A stretch of 64,000 nucleotides of DNA from Planctomycetota bacterium (GTDB lineage: Bacteria > Planctomycetota > SZUA-567 > JAFGGJ01): positions 39,698 to 103,697 of the forward strand of contig JAFGGJ010000002.1 of the NCBI GenBank assembly GCA_016930595.1, read 5' to 3'. Positions 10,401 through 18,757 of this stretch are shown here, piece by piece. Numbering within the stretch: the stretch's first letter is position 1; each line of letters begins with the position of its first letter. Both the position numbers and the translations under genes were made by a program. The notes under the pieces are model-generated. The model was given only the letters and a program-made list of their open reading frames with translations. It was not told where the DNA came from and did no database searches.

Positions 10401-11181
10401 AATCGTGAAGGAACTGGCCCCGGCGGCCGCCGGTGTCCCCGAGGATCTGTCGCAGACTATCGAAAGCGAACTGCTCGGCTTCCTCAGCGACCCCGAGTAT
10501 ATCAAGAACCTGATACCCGTCCCTGACGGCCTCGACGTGGAAAAGATCGAGAAGATCGCCAAGCGCGAGGGCATGCAGGCCGTTATCCAGATATTCGATT
10601 CCGACGAGTTTGCCAAACGCGTGGCCGGCGTGGTCGGCGAAGGCGGCGGCGGGGGCGGCGGAGGCTTATCCGAAGAAGCCCTGCAGCACGAGGTGCGCGG
10701 GGCCATGGTGGAACTCATGGAGAGCGACCTGTTCATGGAGAAGATCAACATGGCCCTGATGCAGCAAGGCGCCGGCGGCGGGGAAGGCGGTGCCGGCGGG
10801 GCGGGCGTGGAGCAGGTTGCTTCCATGATAAAAGAGACCGCGGACCAGATACGTTCCGACCTTGCCGAGCGCATGGAAAAGGTGGAGAAAGTACTGCCGG
10901 ACATCGTCGGAAAGATTGTCGCGGAAAAAGGCGGCGGCGCAGATCCGAAACTTATCGAAGAACAGGTGACCGCGATCGTTGCCGACAAGGTTCTGGGGGA
11001 CAAGCTGGATCCGGAAGTGATTCAGGCCGAAATAAAGAACCAGACGCCCGAAGTGGTCAGGGAAATAGCCAACTCGGACGAATTCAAGGTCCTGCTGGAC
11101 GACAAGTTCAAGGTCATACTGAACTACCTGAAACAGGATGTCATCCCCAAGCAGGTCAAGAAACTCATGAAGAACCAGTGA
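7441..11181 (+). CDS. large acidic helical/coiled-coil protein with internal repeats
   Basis: About 1246 aa, Ala/Glu/Val-rich, no TM segment or signal peptide; recurring hxS[DPGS][EQ]F and hxTKxDh-like motifs; AAGGGGG RBS. Confidence 0.85.
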   Translation: MPEDNDDRQSAEGVLKRAGEQLAVLGQRGIDTQSLNKRLEQAQMSFASGDYHDAELAAGEVIVLAKATAEMARMSANVAKQEDATRQKVAEAVKAELAKGLPQSPALEAYLTGRFREMFEDLLSGDEFQQAVLGLAGETFNNLSEENETVTRSEMDQRISVAEERATSEASTLVRQAIAGLLNSSELVEKIDAGARSAADTAVSEIPRFTEDDAQAVAEKVARKAISALPKVTMEDVESSVRTALGEAGYASAEKVAEDLAALEEVVKESAISNEEVTAVAQRIADTAAARAVASMPGQEDLEKLAEETKAEVEQRLSAFPSPEEVARSAAEAAHEEIVVLSKEIRKQMNALSSTVESVAGREVVSPAELEESVGGVKEKLREELISFAGRVQEKAEELAQENQARIAALKDEVAAAAAAVETLDEMAGGLAASFATKVDLGGLEETVNGISATVTALEARIGSFPEEVADKEDVAGVSLGQSRLSAKVDAIEEKLGILPEEAARQEDLVPINNGLANISSELKTLEKKISILPPEVVSRDEYLAAINQFQETIGAVESAQASLALRSEVEEVLGNYVPAEALRTRVNEIIRPQIEETRSSIPEVEAVRDIARVEAENAASKVPVFNPQDVEERVMDKVAPMVGALVGSDQFISNIEMIISQRINDVIDGKGLASVDTVEKLLDNKVSNAAKKFVTDKELAEVKKTLLKRGGEVDISAAVEALKAEMGTEKPLSPDAVKSLVAEAVHEALSSGEFAENLGAAQDLSGVDEMVKENVAVAVSMLRKELKGFVQEAAAGQEAPVNAEAVGAIVEEKLAAAASALRDELMTAVQNATEAAAAGVDAKEVEGIVAKIVGESTPSGVDEAAVHRIIDESGLVDEAGAKFIAAEVVSHSAASADEEKIKNMVEETVAQNLGEFFHRLPKSPQLKGVIKEAVAAAAPAEGHATATVDPDALRPVILQIVQDVVPAQAEGGGQVDPESLRPVIEGIVKELAPAAAGVPEDLSQTIESELLGFLSDPEYIKNLIPVPDGLDVEKIEKIAKREGMQAVIQIFDSDEFAKRVAGVVGEGGGGGGGGLSEEALQHEVRGAMVELMESDLFMEKINMALMQQGAGGGEGGAGGAGVEQVASMIKETADQIRSDLAERMEKVEKVLPDIVGKIVAEKGGGADPKLIEEQVTAIVADKVLGDKLDPEVIQAEIKNQTPEVVREIANSDEFKVLLDDKFKVILNYLKQDVIPKQVKKLMKNQ

Positions 11182-11217
11182 CGGCCGGGCCCGGCTGTAC
11201 GTCCGGAAGGGTTTTTG

Positions 11218-11253
11218 ACGGAGCGCGCCGCATGGTGCGCTCCGTTTCATTTT
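11218..11253 (+). terminator. intrinsic terminator
   Basis: ACGGAGCGCGCC-GCAT-GGTGCGCTCCGT hairpin followed by TTCATTTT. Confidence 0.7.
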
Positions 11254-11327
11254 GCCGCGATAATTGCCGGAAACGTTGAGCGGTCTTCTGCGTCTAATAG
11301 CACGTAAGTGCGAAAGGAGGCGCTTCG

Positions 11328-13565
11328 ATGGCTGCGAACAGGCTGGGCGTGCCCGCCCGCTTCATGGTGGTTGTGGCTCTTGTTGCGGGGTTTTCCGTTC
11401 AATCGTATGCGGACGGTTTTGTGATCATTGTTCCTCCGCATCCGCCGGTGCCGATGCCGGTGCCTCGAATCGTCCAGCTCGCCGTGCGCAAGCACAACGT
11501 CACGGTGGACATCAAGGGCCCGGTGGTGACTACGGAGATCGACCAGGTCTTCTACAACCCGAACAATATCCAGCTGGAAGGCGAATACCTGTTCCCCATA
11601 CCGGAAGGAGCGTCGATAAAGGACTTCACTCTTTATATTAACGGCCAGCCCGTGAAAGCCGAACTGCTGGATGCCGACAAGGCCCGCAAGACCTACGAGG
11701 ACATAGTCCGGCGCATGCGCGACCCGGCGCTACTGGAATATTCGGGGCGGGGCCTGTTCAAAGCCAGGATATTTCCCATACCGGCCAGGGGCGAACGCAG
11801 GGTAGTGCTGCGCTATTCCGAAATACTCACGCCGGACGCCCAGGTGTGGAGCTACCGCTATCCCCTGAACACGGAGAAATTCTCCTCGGCGCCGCTTGAG
11901 GAGGTGTCCGTGGAAGTCAAGTGCCAGTCGAAGCGCCGGATCCAGGGCGTGTATTCCACCAGTCATCCGGGCGGTAGCCTCGAAAAGCAGAAAGACGGAA
12001 TGGGCTTCACGTACAGCTGGTCGGACCGGAACGTGACCCCGGACAGGGATTTCCTGCTGCATTTCATAACCGCCACGGGGGAAGTCGGTGCCGCGCCCGT
12101 CGTTTACCGTGAAGCCGGCGAAGACGGTTATTTCATGCTGCTTGTCGGCGTCGATGCGCCTCCCGCCGGGCGCCGGGCGATACCCAAGGACATAGTCTTC
12201 GTCATGGACACGTCCGGTTCGATGAGGGGCAAGAAGATCCGGCAGGCGAAGGATGCCCTGCGCTTCTGCCTCCAGGGACTTTCGGCGAACGATTCCTTCA
12301 ATGTCATTTCGTTCAGCACCGGGGTGCACGCCTTTTTCGAGAACATGGTGCAGGTTGCCGATACCCGCGTGAAGGAAGCCCTGCAGAAGGCCGACGAACT
12401 CGATGCTTCGGGCGGGACGAACATTGACGAGGCCCTTGCCGAAGCGCTGAAAATGGTCGGAGGCCAGGACGACCGCCCGGCCTACATAGTTTTCCTTACC
12501 GACGGCCAGCCCACCGTCGGCGAGACTTCTGTGGACGGGATAGCCGGGGCTGCCAGGAAAGGCAACCGGCGCAACGCGCGGATCTTCTCCTTTGGCGTGG
12601 GAGACAGGCTGAATGCCAAGCTGCTCGACGTGCTGACGAGAGACAGCCGCGGCGCAAAAGTGTACGTGGGCGAAGAGGAGGATCTTGAAGTAAAGCTGTC
12701 GTCGTTCTATTCCAAGATAGCGAACCCGGCGCTTTCGGACGTCAAGATGGAAGTCCGCGGCGTGGAAGTGTACGATGTGTTCCCGAGAGAGCTGCCGGAT
12801 CTCTTCTACGGCCAGGAACTTACTGTGTACGGCCGGTTCAAGGGCGAAGGCAAGGCGACCGTTGTACTGAAAGGCAAGCGCGGCGGCGAGGCTGCGGCCA
12901 TGGAATATGAAGCGGACTTCGCAAGCGAAAAGAACGCTGAGCCGGTACCTCGTCTCTGGGCCGCACAGAAAGTCGCCTTCCTGCTGGAAGACATCCGCCT
13001 GGAAGGCGAAACCGCGGCGCTGAAAGACGAAGTCGTGCGCCTGGCCCGCAAGTACGGCATAATCACGCCGTATACCAGCATGCTGGTGCTTGAAGACGAG
13101 GAAGTCCAGGGCCGCCCGCCCATCCTGCGCGAGGCGGTCAAGTCCGCGGCCGACGCCGCCCCCGCCAGCGCGCCCGCCGTCGAAAGGGAATTCAGGCAGA
13201 GGGCGGAAGAAGCCCGCAGGAATTTCGGCCATGAACTGGGTGCCGGCGCCGTGAGGGCCAGCAAGGATATCAATGACCTGAAAAAGGCCGAGGCGCTGAG
13301 CGGCGATATCGCCGGCATGAGCACGGGTGGGCGGTACATCGAGCAGGCGATCAGGCGTTTTGCCGGCAAGACGTTCTACAAGGTCGGCGATTACTGGCAG
13401 GATGCGGATTACAATTCGGCCGACATGAAGACCATAGACCTGAAGTTCCTCAGCGACGAGTACTTTGCCCTGGCGGCAAAATATTCCGAACTGGGCAAGT
13501 ATCTCGCTCTCGGCGACCAGGTTATCGTGGTTCTCGGCGGGAAGGCCTACAAGGTATCCCCGTAG
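11328..13565 (+). CDS. VIT plus von Willebrand A domain protein (inter-alpha-trypsin-inhibitor-like), secreted
   Basis: Signal-like N-terminus; VIT (FYNPNNIQLEGEYLFPIP); MIDAS DTSGSM, GGTNI, FLTDG; ITPYTSMLV; AAAGGAGG RBS. Confidence 0.9.
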   Translation: MAANRLGVPARFMVVVALVAGFSVQSYADGFVIIVPPHPPVPMPVPRIVQLAVRKHNVTVDIKGPVVTTEIDQVFYNPNNIQLEGEYLFPIPEGASIKDFTLYINGQPVKAELLDADKARKTYEDIVRRMRDPALLEYSGRGLFKARIFPIPARGERRVVLRYSEILTPDAQVWSYRYPLNTEKFSSAPLEEVSVEVKCQSKRRIQGVYSTSHPGGSLEKQKDGMGFTYSWSDRNVTPDRDFLLHFITATGEVGAAPVVYREAGEDGYFMLLVGVDAPPAGRRAIPKDIVFVMDTSGSMRGKKIRQAKDALRFCLQGLSANDSFNVISFSTGVHAFFENMVQVADTRVKEALQKADELDASGGTNIDEALAEALKMVGGQDDRPAYIVFLTDGQPTVGETSVDGIAGAARKGNRRNARIFSFGVGDRLNAKLLDVLTRDSRGAKVYVGEEEDLEVKLSSFYSKIANPALSDVKMEVRGVEVYDVFPRELPDLFYGQELTVYGRFKGEGKATVVLKGKRGGEAAAMEYEADFASEKNAEPVPRLWAAQKVAFLLEDIRLEGETAALKDEVVRLARKYGIITPYTSMLVLEDEEVQGRPPILREAVKSAADAAPASAPAVEREFRQRAEEARRNFGHELGAGAVRASKDINDLKKAEALSGDIAGMSTGGRYIEQAIRRFAGKTFYKVGDYWQDADYNSADMKTIDLKFLSDEYFALAAKYSELGKYLALGDQVIVVLGGKAYKVSP

Positions 13566-13718
13566 CAGGTTTCGAGGCGTGCGGGGCCGGCCGTACAGGA
13601 GCCGGTCCCGCTGCCGTTTTCAGGCGGCGCATCGTATGCCGGTGTTGCCGTGACAGCCCCCCCCGTTTCTTTCCGCAAGGCGCAGGTTTGAAGTGCGCCT
13701 TTTCCTCCCCGGCGTCGA

Positions 13719-13746
13719 TTGACCGCACGGCGGACCCGGTTACCAT
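13719..13746 (+). promoter_or_regulatory. possible sigma70 promoter
   Basis: TTGACC-16 nt-TACCAT upstream of gdh. Confidence 0.4.
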
Positions 13747-13780
13747 ATCACGTTGACACAGCGTCGAAAGGAGGCTGTCC

Positions 13781-14986
13781 GTGCCAGTCATAAACTTCAG
13801 CAGCGTCAGGAAGTACGTGGATGTCCCCGATGATGCCGAAAGGATACTGTCCCGTCCCGAAAAGCAGCAGATATACAATCTTAACGTGCATCATGACCAG
13901 GGGCTGCTGGTGCAGACGGATGCCTACGTCGTCTACTACAGCACCGTGCGCGGCCCCGCCAAGGGCGGCATACGTTTCTGGCATGATGTCAACCTGGAAG
14001 AAACCACTACTCTCGCAGAACTCATGGTCTGGAAGACGGCCCTTACCGGTATTCCTTTCGGCGGGGGCAAGTCCGGCATAAGGGCCGACCACCACAAGCT
14101 GACTCGCTTCCAGAAGACCGTCATCATGAAGGAATTCATCCACCTGTTGCGCAACGACGTTGTGGAAGGCACCTACATACCGGCTCCCGACATGGGCACC
14201 AACCCCATAGACATGGCTGTCATTTTCGGTGAAACGCATATCACGGAATGCGTTACGGGCAAGCCGGTCGGAGTAGGGGGATTGCCGGGCAGGCTTCAGG
14301 CGACGGGCCGCGGCGTGTCCACCATCGCCGACATGACCGCCGCCCACCTGCTCAACAAGCCGGTTGAGGATATCTCCGTCGCCATACAGGGCTTCGGCAA
14401 CGTCGGTTCATGGACCGCCCATTTTCTTTACGGGAAAGGCGCCAGGGTGGTCGCCGTCAGCGACATCGACGGCGGCATTGCCGATTCCAAGGGCCTGAAC
14501 GTCCCCGAACTGATGGCGCACAAGACCGAAGGCAATCCCGTGGTGGACCTGCCCGGCTCGGCGCGCATATCCAATGAAGAACTCCTGGCCATGGATGTCG
14601 ATATACTTATTCCGGCGGCCGCCGGTGAAGTGATAGTCCCCGCCAACGCCGCCGATATCCGGGCCAAGGCCGTCGTCGAAGGCGCCAATCATCCCGTTGT
14701 TGCCGAGGCGGATCCCATCCTGCGCGAGAATAACATTCTGGTCGTGCCGGATATTCTCACCAATGCCGGCGGCGTTGTCGCCAGCTACGTCGAATGGCAC
14801 AAGGGCAAGAGCGGGGCACTTTCCGGCGAGCAGGAGACTTTCGAGGTCGTCGATAAACTGCTGGGCGACGCTTTTCTCCACATGAAAGACCTCGCCGGCG
14901 ACAGCACCGACGACCTCCGCAACGCCGCCATGGCGCTTGCGGCGGGCAAGGTGGTCCAGTCCATGAAGGAAAGAGGGTGGATATAG
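13781..14986 (+). CDS. gdhA: Glu/Leu/Phe/Val dehydrogenase (glutamate dehydrogenase)
   Basis: GPAKGGIRF, GGGKSG, PAPDMGT, TGKP, IQGFGNVG, EGAN, PDILTNAGGV. Confidence 0.92.
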   Translation: MPVINFSSVRKYVDVPDDAERILSRPEKQQIYNLNVHHDQGLLVQTDAYVVYYSTVRGPAKGGIRFWHDVNLEETTTLAELMVWKTALTGIPFGGGKSGIRADHHKLTRFQKTVIMKEFIHLLRNDVVEGTYIPAPDMGTNPIDMAVIFGETHITECVTGKPVGVGGLPGRLQATGRGVSTIADMTAAHLLNKPVEDISVAIQGFGNVGSWTAHFLYGKGARVVAVSDIDGGIADSKGLNVPELMAHKTEGNPVVDLPGSARISNEELLAMDVDILIPAAAGEVIVPANAADIRAKAVVEGANHPVVAEADPILRENNILVVPDILTNAGGVVASYVEWHKGKSGALSGEQETFEVVDKLLGDAFLHMKDLAGDSTDDLRNAAMALAAGKVVQSMKERGWI

Positions 14987-14987
14987 C

Positions 14988-15875
14988 GTGGCTCGAGACA
15001 ACTTCGCAACACGTCTGAACGCGGCCGTCCGGGATTACGGTCCGCTCTGCGTCGGCATCGATCCCTTCTTCCCCAGCCTGCCTCCGGAACTGCGTGAACG
15101 CGTGGTTACCAGGACCGAAGAGGCCGCCGCCGTCGGCATCTTCGCCGACTCGATTATCGACGCTGTCGAGGGTATCGTCGGCGTGCTCAAGTTCCAGGTC
15201 GGCTATTTCGAAAAATACGGGGCGGCCGGTTACGTTGAGCTCGAAAGCGCCGTCAGGCGGGCCAGGAACGCCGGTTTTGTGGTTATAGCCGACGCAAAAA
15301 GAGGCGATATCGGTTCCACCATGAAGGCTTATGCCGACTTCTACATGGAAGTCCTCGACGTCGATGCCGTTACACTCAACCCGTACATGGGCAGCGACGT
15401 CGTCAAGCCGTTCCTGCCCTATGCCGAAAGAGGCAAGGGCGCTTTCCTGCTGAGCCGTACGTCCAACGCCGCCGCAGCGGAACTGCAGGAAGTCTCGGCG
15501 CGCGAAGGCCACCCCTACTACCTGTACCTTACCGAGCGCGTCCTGAGCTGGCAGCAGGACCTGGAACCGGACAACGACGGCTACCTGCCTTTCGGCATCG
15601 TGGCGGGTGCCACCGCCCCTGAAGAAATGGCCCTGCTCAGAAGCAGGTTCCCCCAGCTCCCCATGCTGGTCCCAGGGTTTGGTTTTCAGGGCGGTTCCGC
15701 CGAAGATACCGCCCCCGCTTTTGACGGCAACGGCACCGGGGCCGTCGTCAATTCCAGCCGGGGCATTATCTACGCTTTTGCCGGAGATTCCGTGCCCCGT
15801 GATTGGCGCGAAGCGATAAGCGACGCCGCTCGTTCGGCCCAGGTGGCGCTGAAGAACGCAGCCAATGCTTCCTGA
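14988..15875 (+). CDS. pyrF: orotidine-5'-phosphate decarboxylase
   Basis: LCVGIDP, DAKRGDIGST, TLNPYMG, LVPGFGFQGG, NSSRGI. Confidence 0.95.
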   Translation: MARDNFATRLNAAVRDYGPLCVGIDPFFPSLPPELRERVVTRTEEAAAVGIFADSIIDAVEGIVGVLKFQVGYFEKYGAAGYVELESAVRRARNAGFVVIADAKRGDIGSTMKAYADFYMEVLDVDAVTLNPYMGSDVVKPFLPYAERGKGAFLLSRTSNAAAAELQEVSAREGHPYYLYLTERVLSWQQDLEPDNDGYLPFGIVAGATAPEEMALLRSRFPQLPMLVPGFGFQGGSAEDTAPAFDGNGTGAVVNSSRGIIYAFAGDSVPRDWREAISDAARSAQVALKNAANAS

Positions 15876-17124
15876 ATGTCCGCGGCAGGCCGGCCCGGCC
15901 GACATGGCGCGGCTTACCGACGGCATCCCGGGTACCGGGGGCGGGATGAAATTCCGGCCTGAGGATTTCATGGTGACCGAAATCCCCCTGTATGAAGCCT
16001 CGGGGCAGGGCACCCATCTCTACCTCACCGTCCGCAAGACCGGCCTGACCACGCATGCCGCGATCGACAGGATTGCCAGGAGCCTCGGCAGGAAGAGTCG
16101 CGACGTGGGTTATGCCGGACTCAAGGACGCCGCGGCCGTCGCCGTTCAGCGGCTGTCCATTGAGCATGTCGATGAAAAAGCGGTGGAACGCCTGTCGGTG
16201 CCCGGCGTCGAAATCATCGATGTCCAGCGCCACCATAACAAGCTAAAGCCGGGCCACCTGGCGGGCAACCGTTTTCGTATCGTTATCAGGGGCGCGCGGC
16301 ATGGTTCCGCCGCTGACGCGCAGAAATCGATGGACGTGCTTGCCGTCCGGGGCGTTCCCAACCACTTTGGTGAACAGCGGTTCGGCGGGTACCAGTCCGG
16401 CCATCTTGCCGGGAGAGCATTGGTCAACGACGATGCGGACGCGTTTCTCCGGGTTCTCATGCTGCCTGCCGGCTGGCGGGATTTCGAACCGGACGCCGGT
16501 GCCGCCAGAACGGCGTTTTCCGAAGGACGCTTTGACGACGCTCTTAGGACCCTGCCTGTCTTCCTCCATGACGAACGCCTGCTTCTTGCCGAATTCGTCA
16601 GGTCCGGCAACGCCCGCAGCGCGATGCTTTCCGTCCGGCAGCGCATGCGCCGTTTCTACATGAACGCGTGGCAGTCGCACCTTTTCAATGAAGTCCTGCG
16701 CAGGCGGGGCGTTGACGGTATCGATACCATTGCCGAAGGAGACCTGGCCTATATTCATTCCAAGGGAGCCGTATTCCTTGTCGATGATCCCGCTGCTGAA
16801 GCGGAGCGCGTGCGGACGGCTGAGATTTCCCCTTCAGGTCCCATGTTCGGCCGCAAGACGATACTGGCCCGGGGCGCTCCCGGCGACGTGGAACGCGCCG
16901 TCATGCGGGACGAAGGCATTTCTGCGGATACCTTCCGCTCCAGGCACCTCAAGGCGCTTGTCGGAGAAAGGCGGCCTCTCAGGGTTCCCATGCGCGACGT
17001 GCAGCCGGTGTCGGAACCGGAAGCCGGCGTTATCCTGCTTGAATTCTCCCTCCCTCCCGGCTCCTACGCCACGAACGTGGTGAGAGAAGTCACTAAGACT
17101 TCCGTTTCTTCGGACTGCTGCTAG
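15865..17124 (+). CDS. truD: tRNA pseudouridine(13) synthase
   Basis: PEDFMVTE, YAGLKD, GNRFRI, PNHFGEQRFG, FSLPPGSYAT. Confidence 0.93.
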   Translation: MLPECPRQAGPADMARLTDGIPGTGGGMKFRPEDFMVTEIPLYEASGQGTHLYLTVRKTGLTTHAAIDRIARSLGRKSRDVGYAGLKDAAAVAVQRLSIEHVDEKAVERLSVPGVEIIDVQRHHNKLKPGHLAGNRFRIVIRGARHGSAADAQKSMDVLAVRGVPNHFGEQRFGGYQSGHLAGRALVNDDADAFLRVLMLPAGWRDFEPDAGAARTAFSEGRFDDALRTLPVFLHDERLLLAEFVRSGNARSAMLSVRQRMRRFYMNAWQSHLFNEVLRRRGVDGIDTIAEGDLAYIHSKGAVFLVDDPAAEAERVRTAEISPSGPMFGRKTILARGAPGDVERAVMRDEGISADTFRSRHLKALVGERRPLRVPMRDVQPVSEPEAGVILLEFSLPPGSYATNVVREVTKTSVSSDCC

Positions 17125-17150
17125 AATACCCGTACAGGGAGGTGACGCAC

Positions 17151-17696
17151 ATGATTACCAGGCAGGAGTATGACGATGCCAGGGACCTGGCGCTGGAATA
17201 CCTCGACGCGGTTGGTATCGCCGTGGCCGACGAAGAGCGCGAGCGGATAGAAGTGGCCGACTTCGGCCTATCAGACCTGTTGCACACCGGCCTCGAGCTC
17301 CTCGTGTACGTCAACACCGACCGGGTCTGCGCAAAGGAACTGGTCCTCTTCCCGGGCCAGACCTGCCCCGAACACATGCATCCTCCCGTGCAGGGCGAAC
17401 CGGGCAAGGAAGAGACCTTCCGTTGCAGGTCCGGCGAAGTCTACCTGTACGTCCCGGGCGAGCCGGCTGTCGCCCCCAGGGCATCGGCGCCCCCGGGCAG
17501 CAAAGACAGCTACACCGTCTGGCATGAAGTCATCCTTCGCCCCGGCGACCAGTACACGCTCCGCCCGCAAACGCTTCACTGGTTCCAGGCCGGGCCGGAA
17601 GGCGCCGTTGTGTCGGAGTTTTCCACGAAAAGCCGGGACGATTCCGATATCTTCACCGACCACGATGTCCAAAGAACGACTGAAATCAAAGACTGA
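17151..17696 (+). CDS. D-lyxose/D-mannose isomerase family cupin
   Basis: CAKELVLFPGQTCPEHMHP, GKEETFRCR, HWFQAG, VSEFSTKSRD. Confidence 0.88.
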   Translation: MITRQEYDDARDLALEYLDAVGIAVADEERERIEVADFGLSDLLHTGLELLVYVNTDRVCAKELVLFPGQTCPEHMHPPVQGEPGKEETFRCRSGEVYLYVPGEPAVAPRASAPPGSKDSYTVWHEVILRPGDQYTLRPQTLHWFQAGPEGAVVSEFSTKSRDDSDIFTDHDVQRTTEIKD

Positions 17697-18599
17697 CTAG
17701 CCGCTCCCGGCGTCCTTCAGAAAGAACCGGAACTTGTTCCCCGTCCATATCCGCTTCAGGATCCGCTGGTACAGTTTCTTCAGCGGCCCCGGCGGCTGCC
17801 GGTACCTGGAATACGTGAAGCACGCTGCCGCATGAAGACCCGCTTGCCCGGCGAGGTTCATGAACGCCCTGTGCGTGAATTCGAAGTAGTGATGAGGCGA
17901 ATGTACCCGCGTCTTCTTGATGCCGGCCTGCTCCATCCACCTCTTGAATCGCAGGTCCGCGCCCATTATGTTCGGGATTTCCACCACCAGCAGGCCGCCG
18001 GGAGCCATCCGTTTCCGCAATGCCTTCATGAACAGTGCCGGGTCCGGCGTGTGCTCCAGCACGTGGCACGCCGCAACGACATCATATCTTCCCCGCACCG
18101 GTGCCGTGGTAATGTCTTCGCAATGTACGTTCAAGCCATGGCCCCGGCATGCCGTCACGCAGACGGTCGAAATGTCTATCCCGCAGGTATCCCACCCGGT
18201 CTCGCGCGCCGCGAGCAGCAGCCTGCCGGTATTGCAGCCGACGTCCAGGACCGAACCCTTCCTGCCCAGCAGGCGTTCGGCCTGCTCAAGCAGGTCGATA
18301 TTATGGAAGTACGTGGGGGCGTGCCCACGGAAATCACCTTCGTTCCCCGGTGCCGCGTCCGTGCGCCCATCCGTCTGCTCGTACATTTCTTCATGGAATT
18401 TTTCGTCGTACAGCGGCCTTGGCGACAGGTACAGCACGTCGCAGTTCTTGCACTGAACGAACCCGTGATCCAGGTCCACAACGTACTTGTGGAACGTCCT
18501 GCGGTACGGACTGCCGCATATTGGACACGCGGGAATCTCCTGCCACTCCCATCTCGTGTCGGCGGTGGTGCTTTCCCCTGTGGCGGGAGCTTTTCCCAT
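17697..18599 (-). CDS. class I SAM-dependent methyltransferase with N-terminal Zn-binding motif
   Basis: CPICG...CKNC; VLDVGCNTG; HVLEH; LVVEIPN. Confidence 0.85.
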   Translation of the reverse strand: MGKAPATGESTTADTRWEWQEIPACPICGSPYRRTFHKYVVDLDHGFVQCKNCDVLYLSPRPLYDEKFHEEMYEQTDGRTDAAPGNEGDFRGHAPTYFHNIDLLEQAERLLGRKGSVLDVGCNTGRLLLAARETGWDTCGIDISTVCVTACRGHGLNVHCEDITTAPVRGRYDVVAACHVLEHTPDPALFMKALRKRMAPGGLLVVEIPNIMGADLRFKRWMEQAGIKKTRVHSPHHYFEFTHRAFMNLAGQAGLHAAACFTYSRYRQPPGPLKKLYQRILKRIWTGNKFRFFLKDAGSG

Positions 18600-18757
18600 C
18601 CGAGTCTCCTGTCGCCGTTGATTCTACTTGCCGGACCGGTGTTCCGCAACGTTTCGGCGTCGCTTTCGACACATGCGGCAGCCGTTTGTGCTTTACATCG
18701 GAATCCGTTCGCCGAAAATCACCTCTTACCGGATGAACGCATGTATTCGGAGGAACC

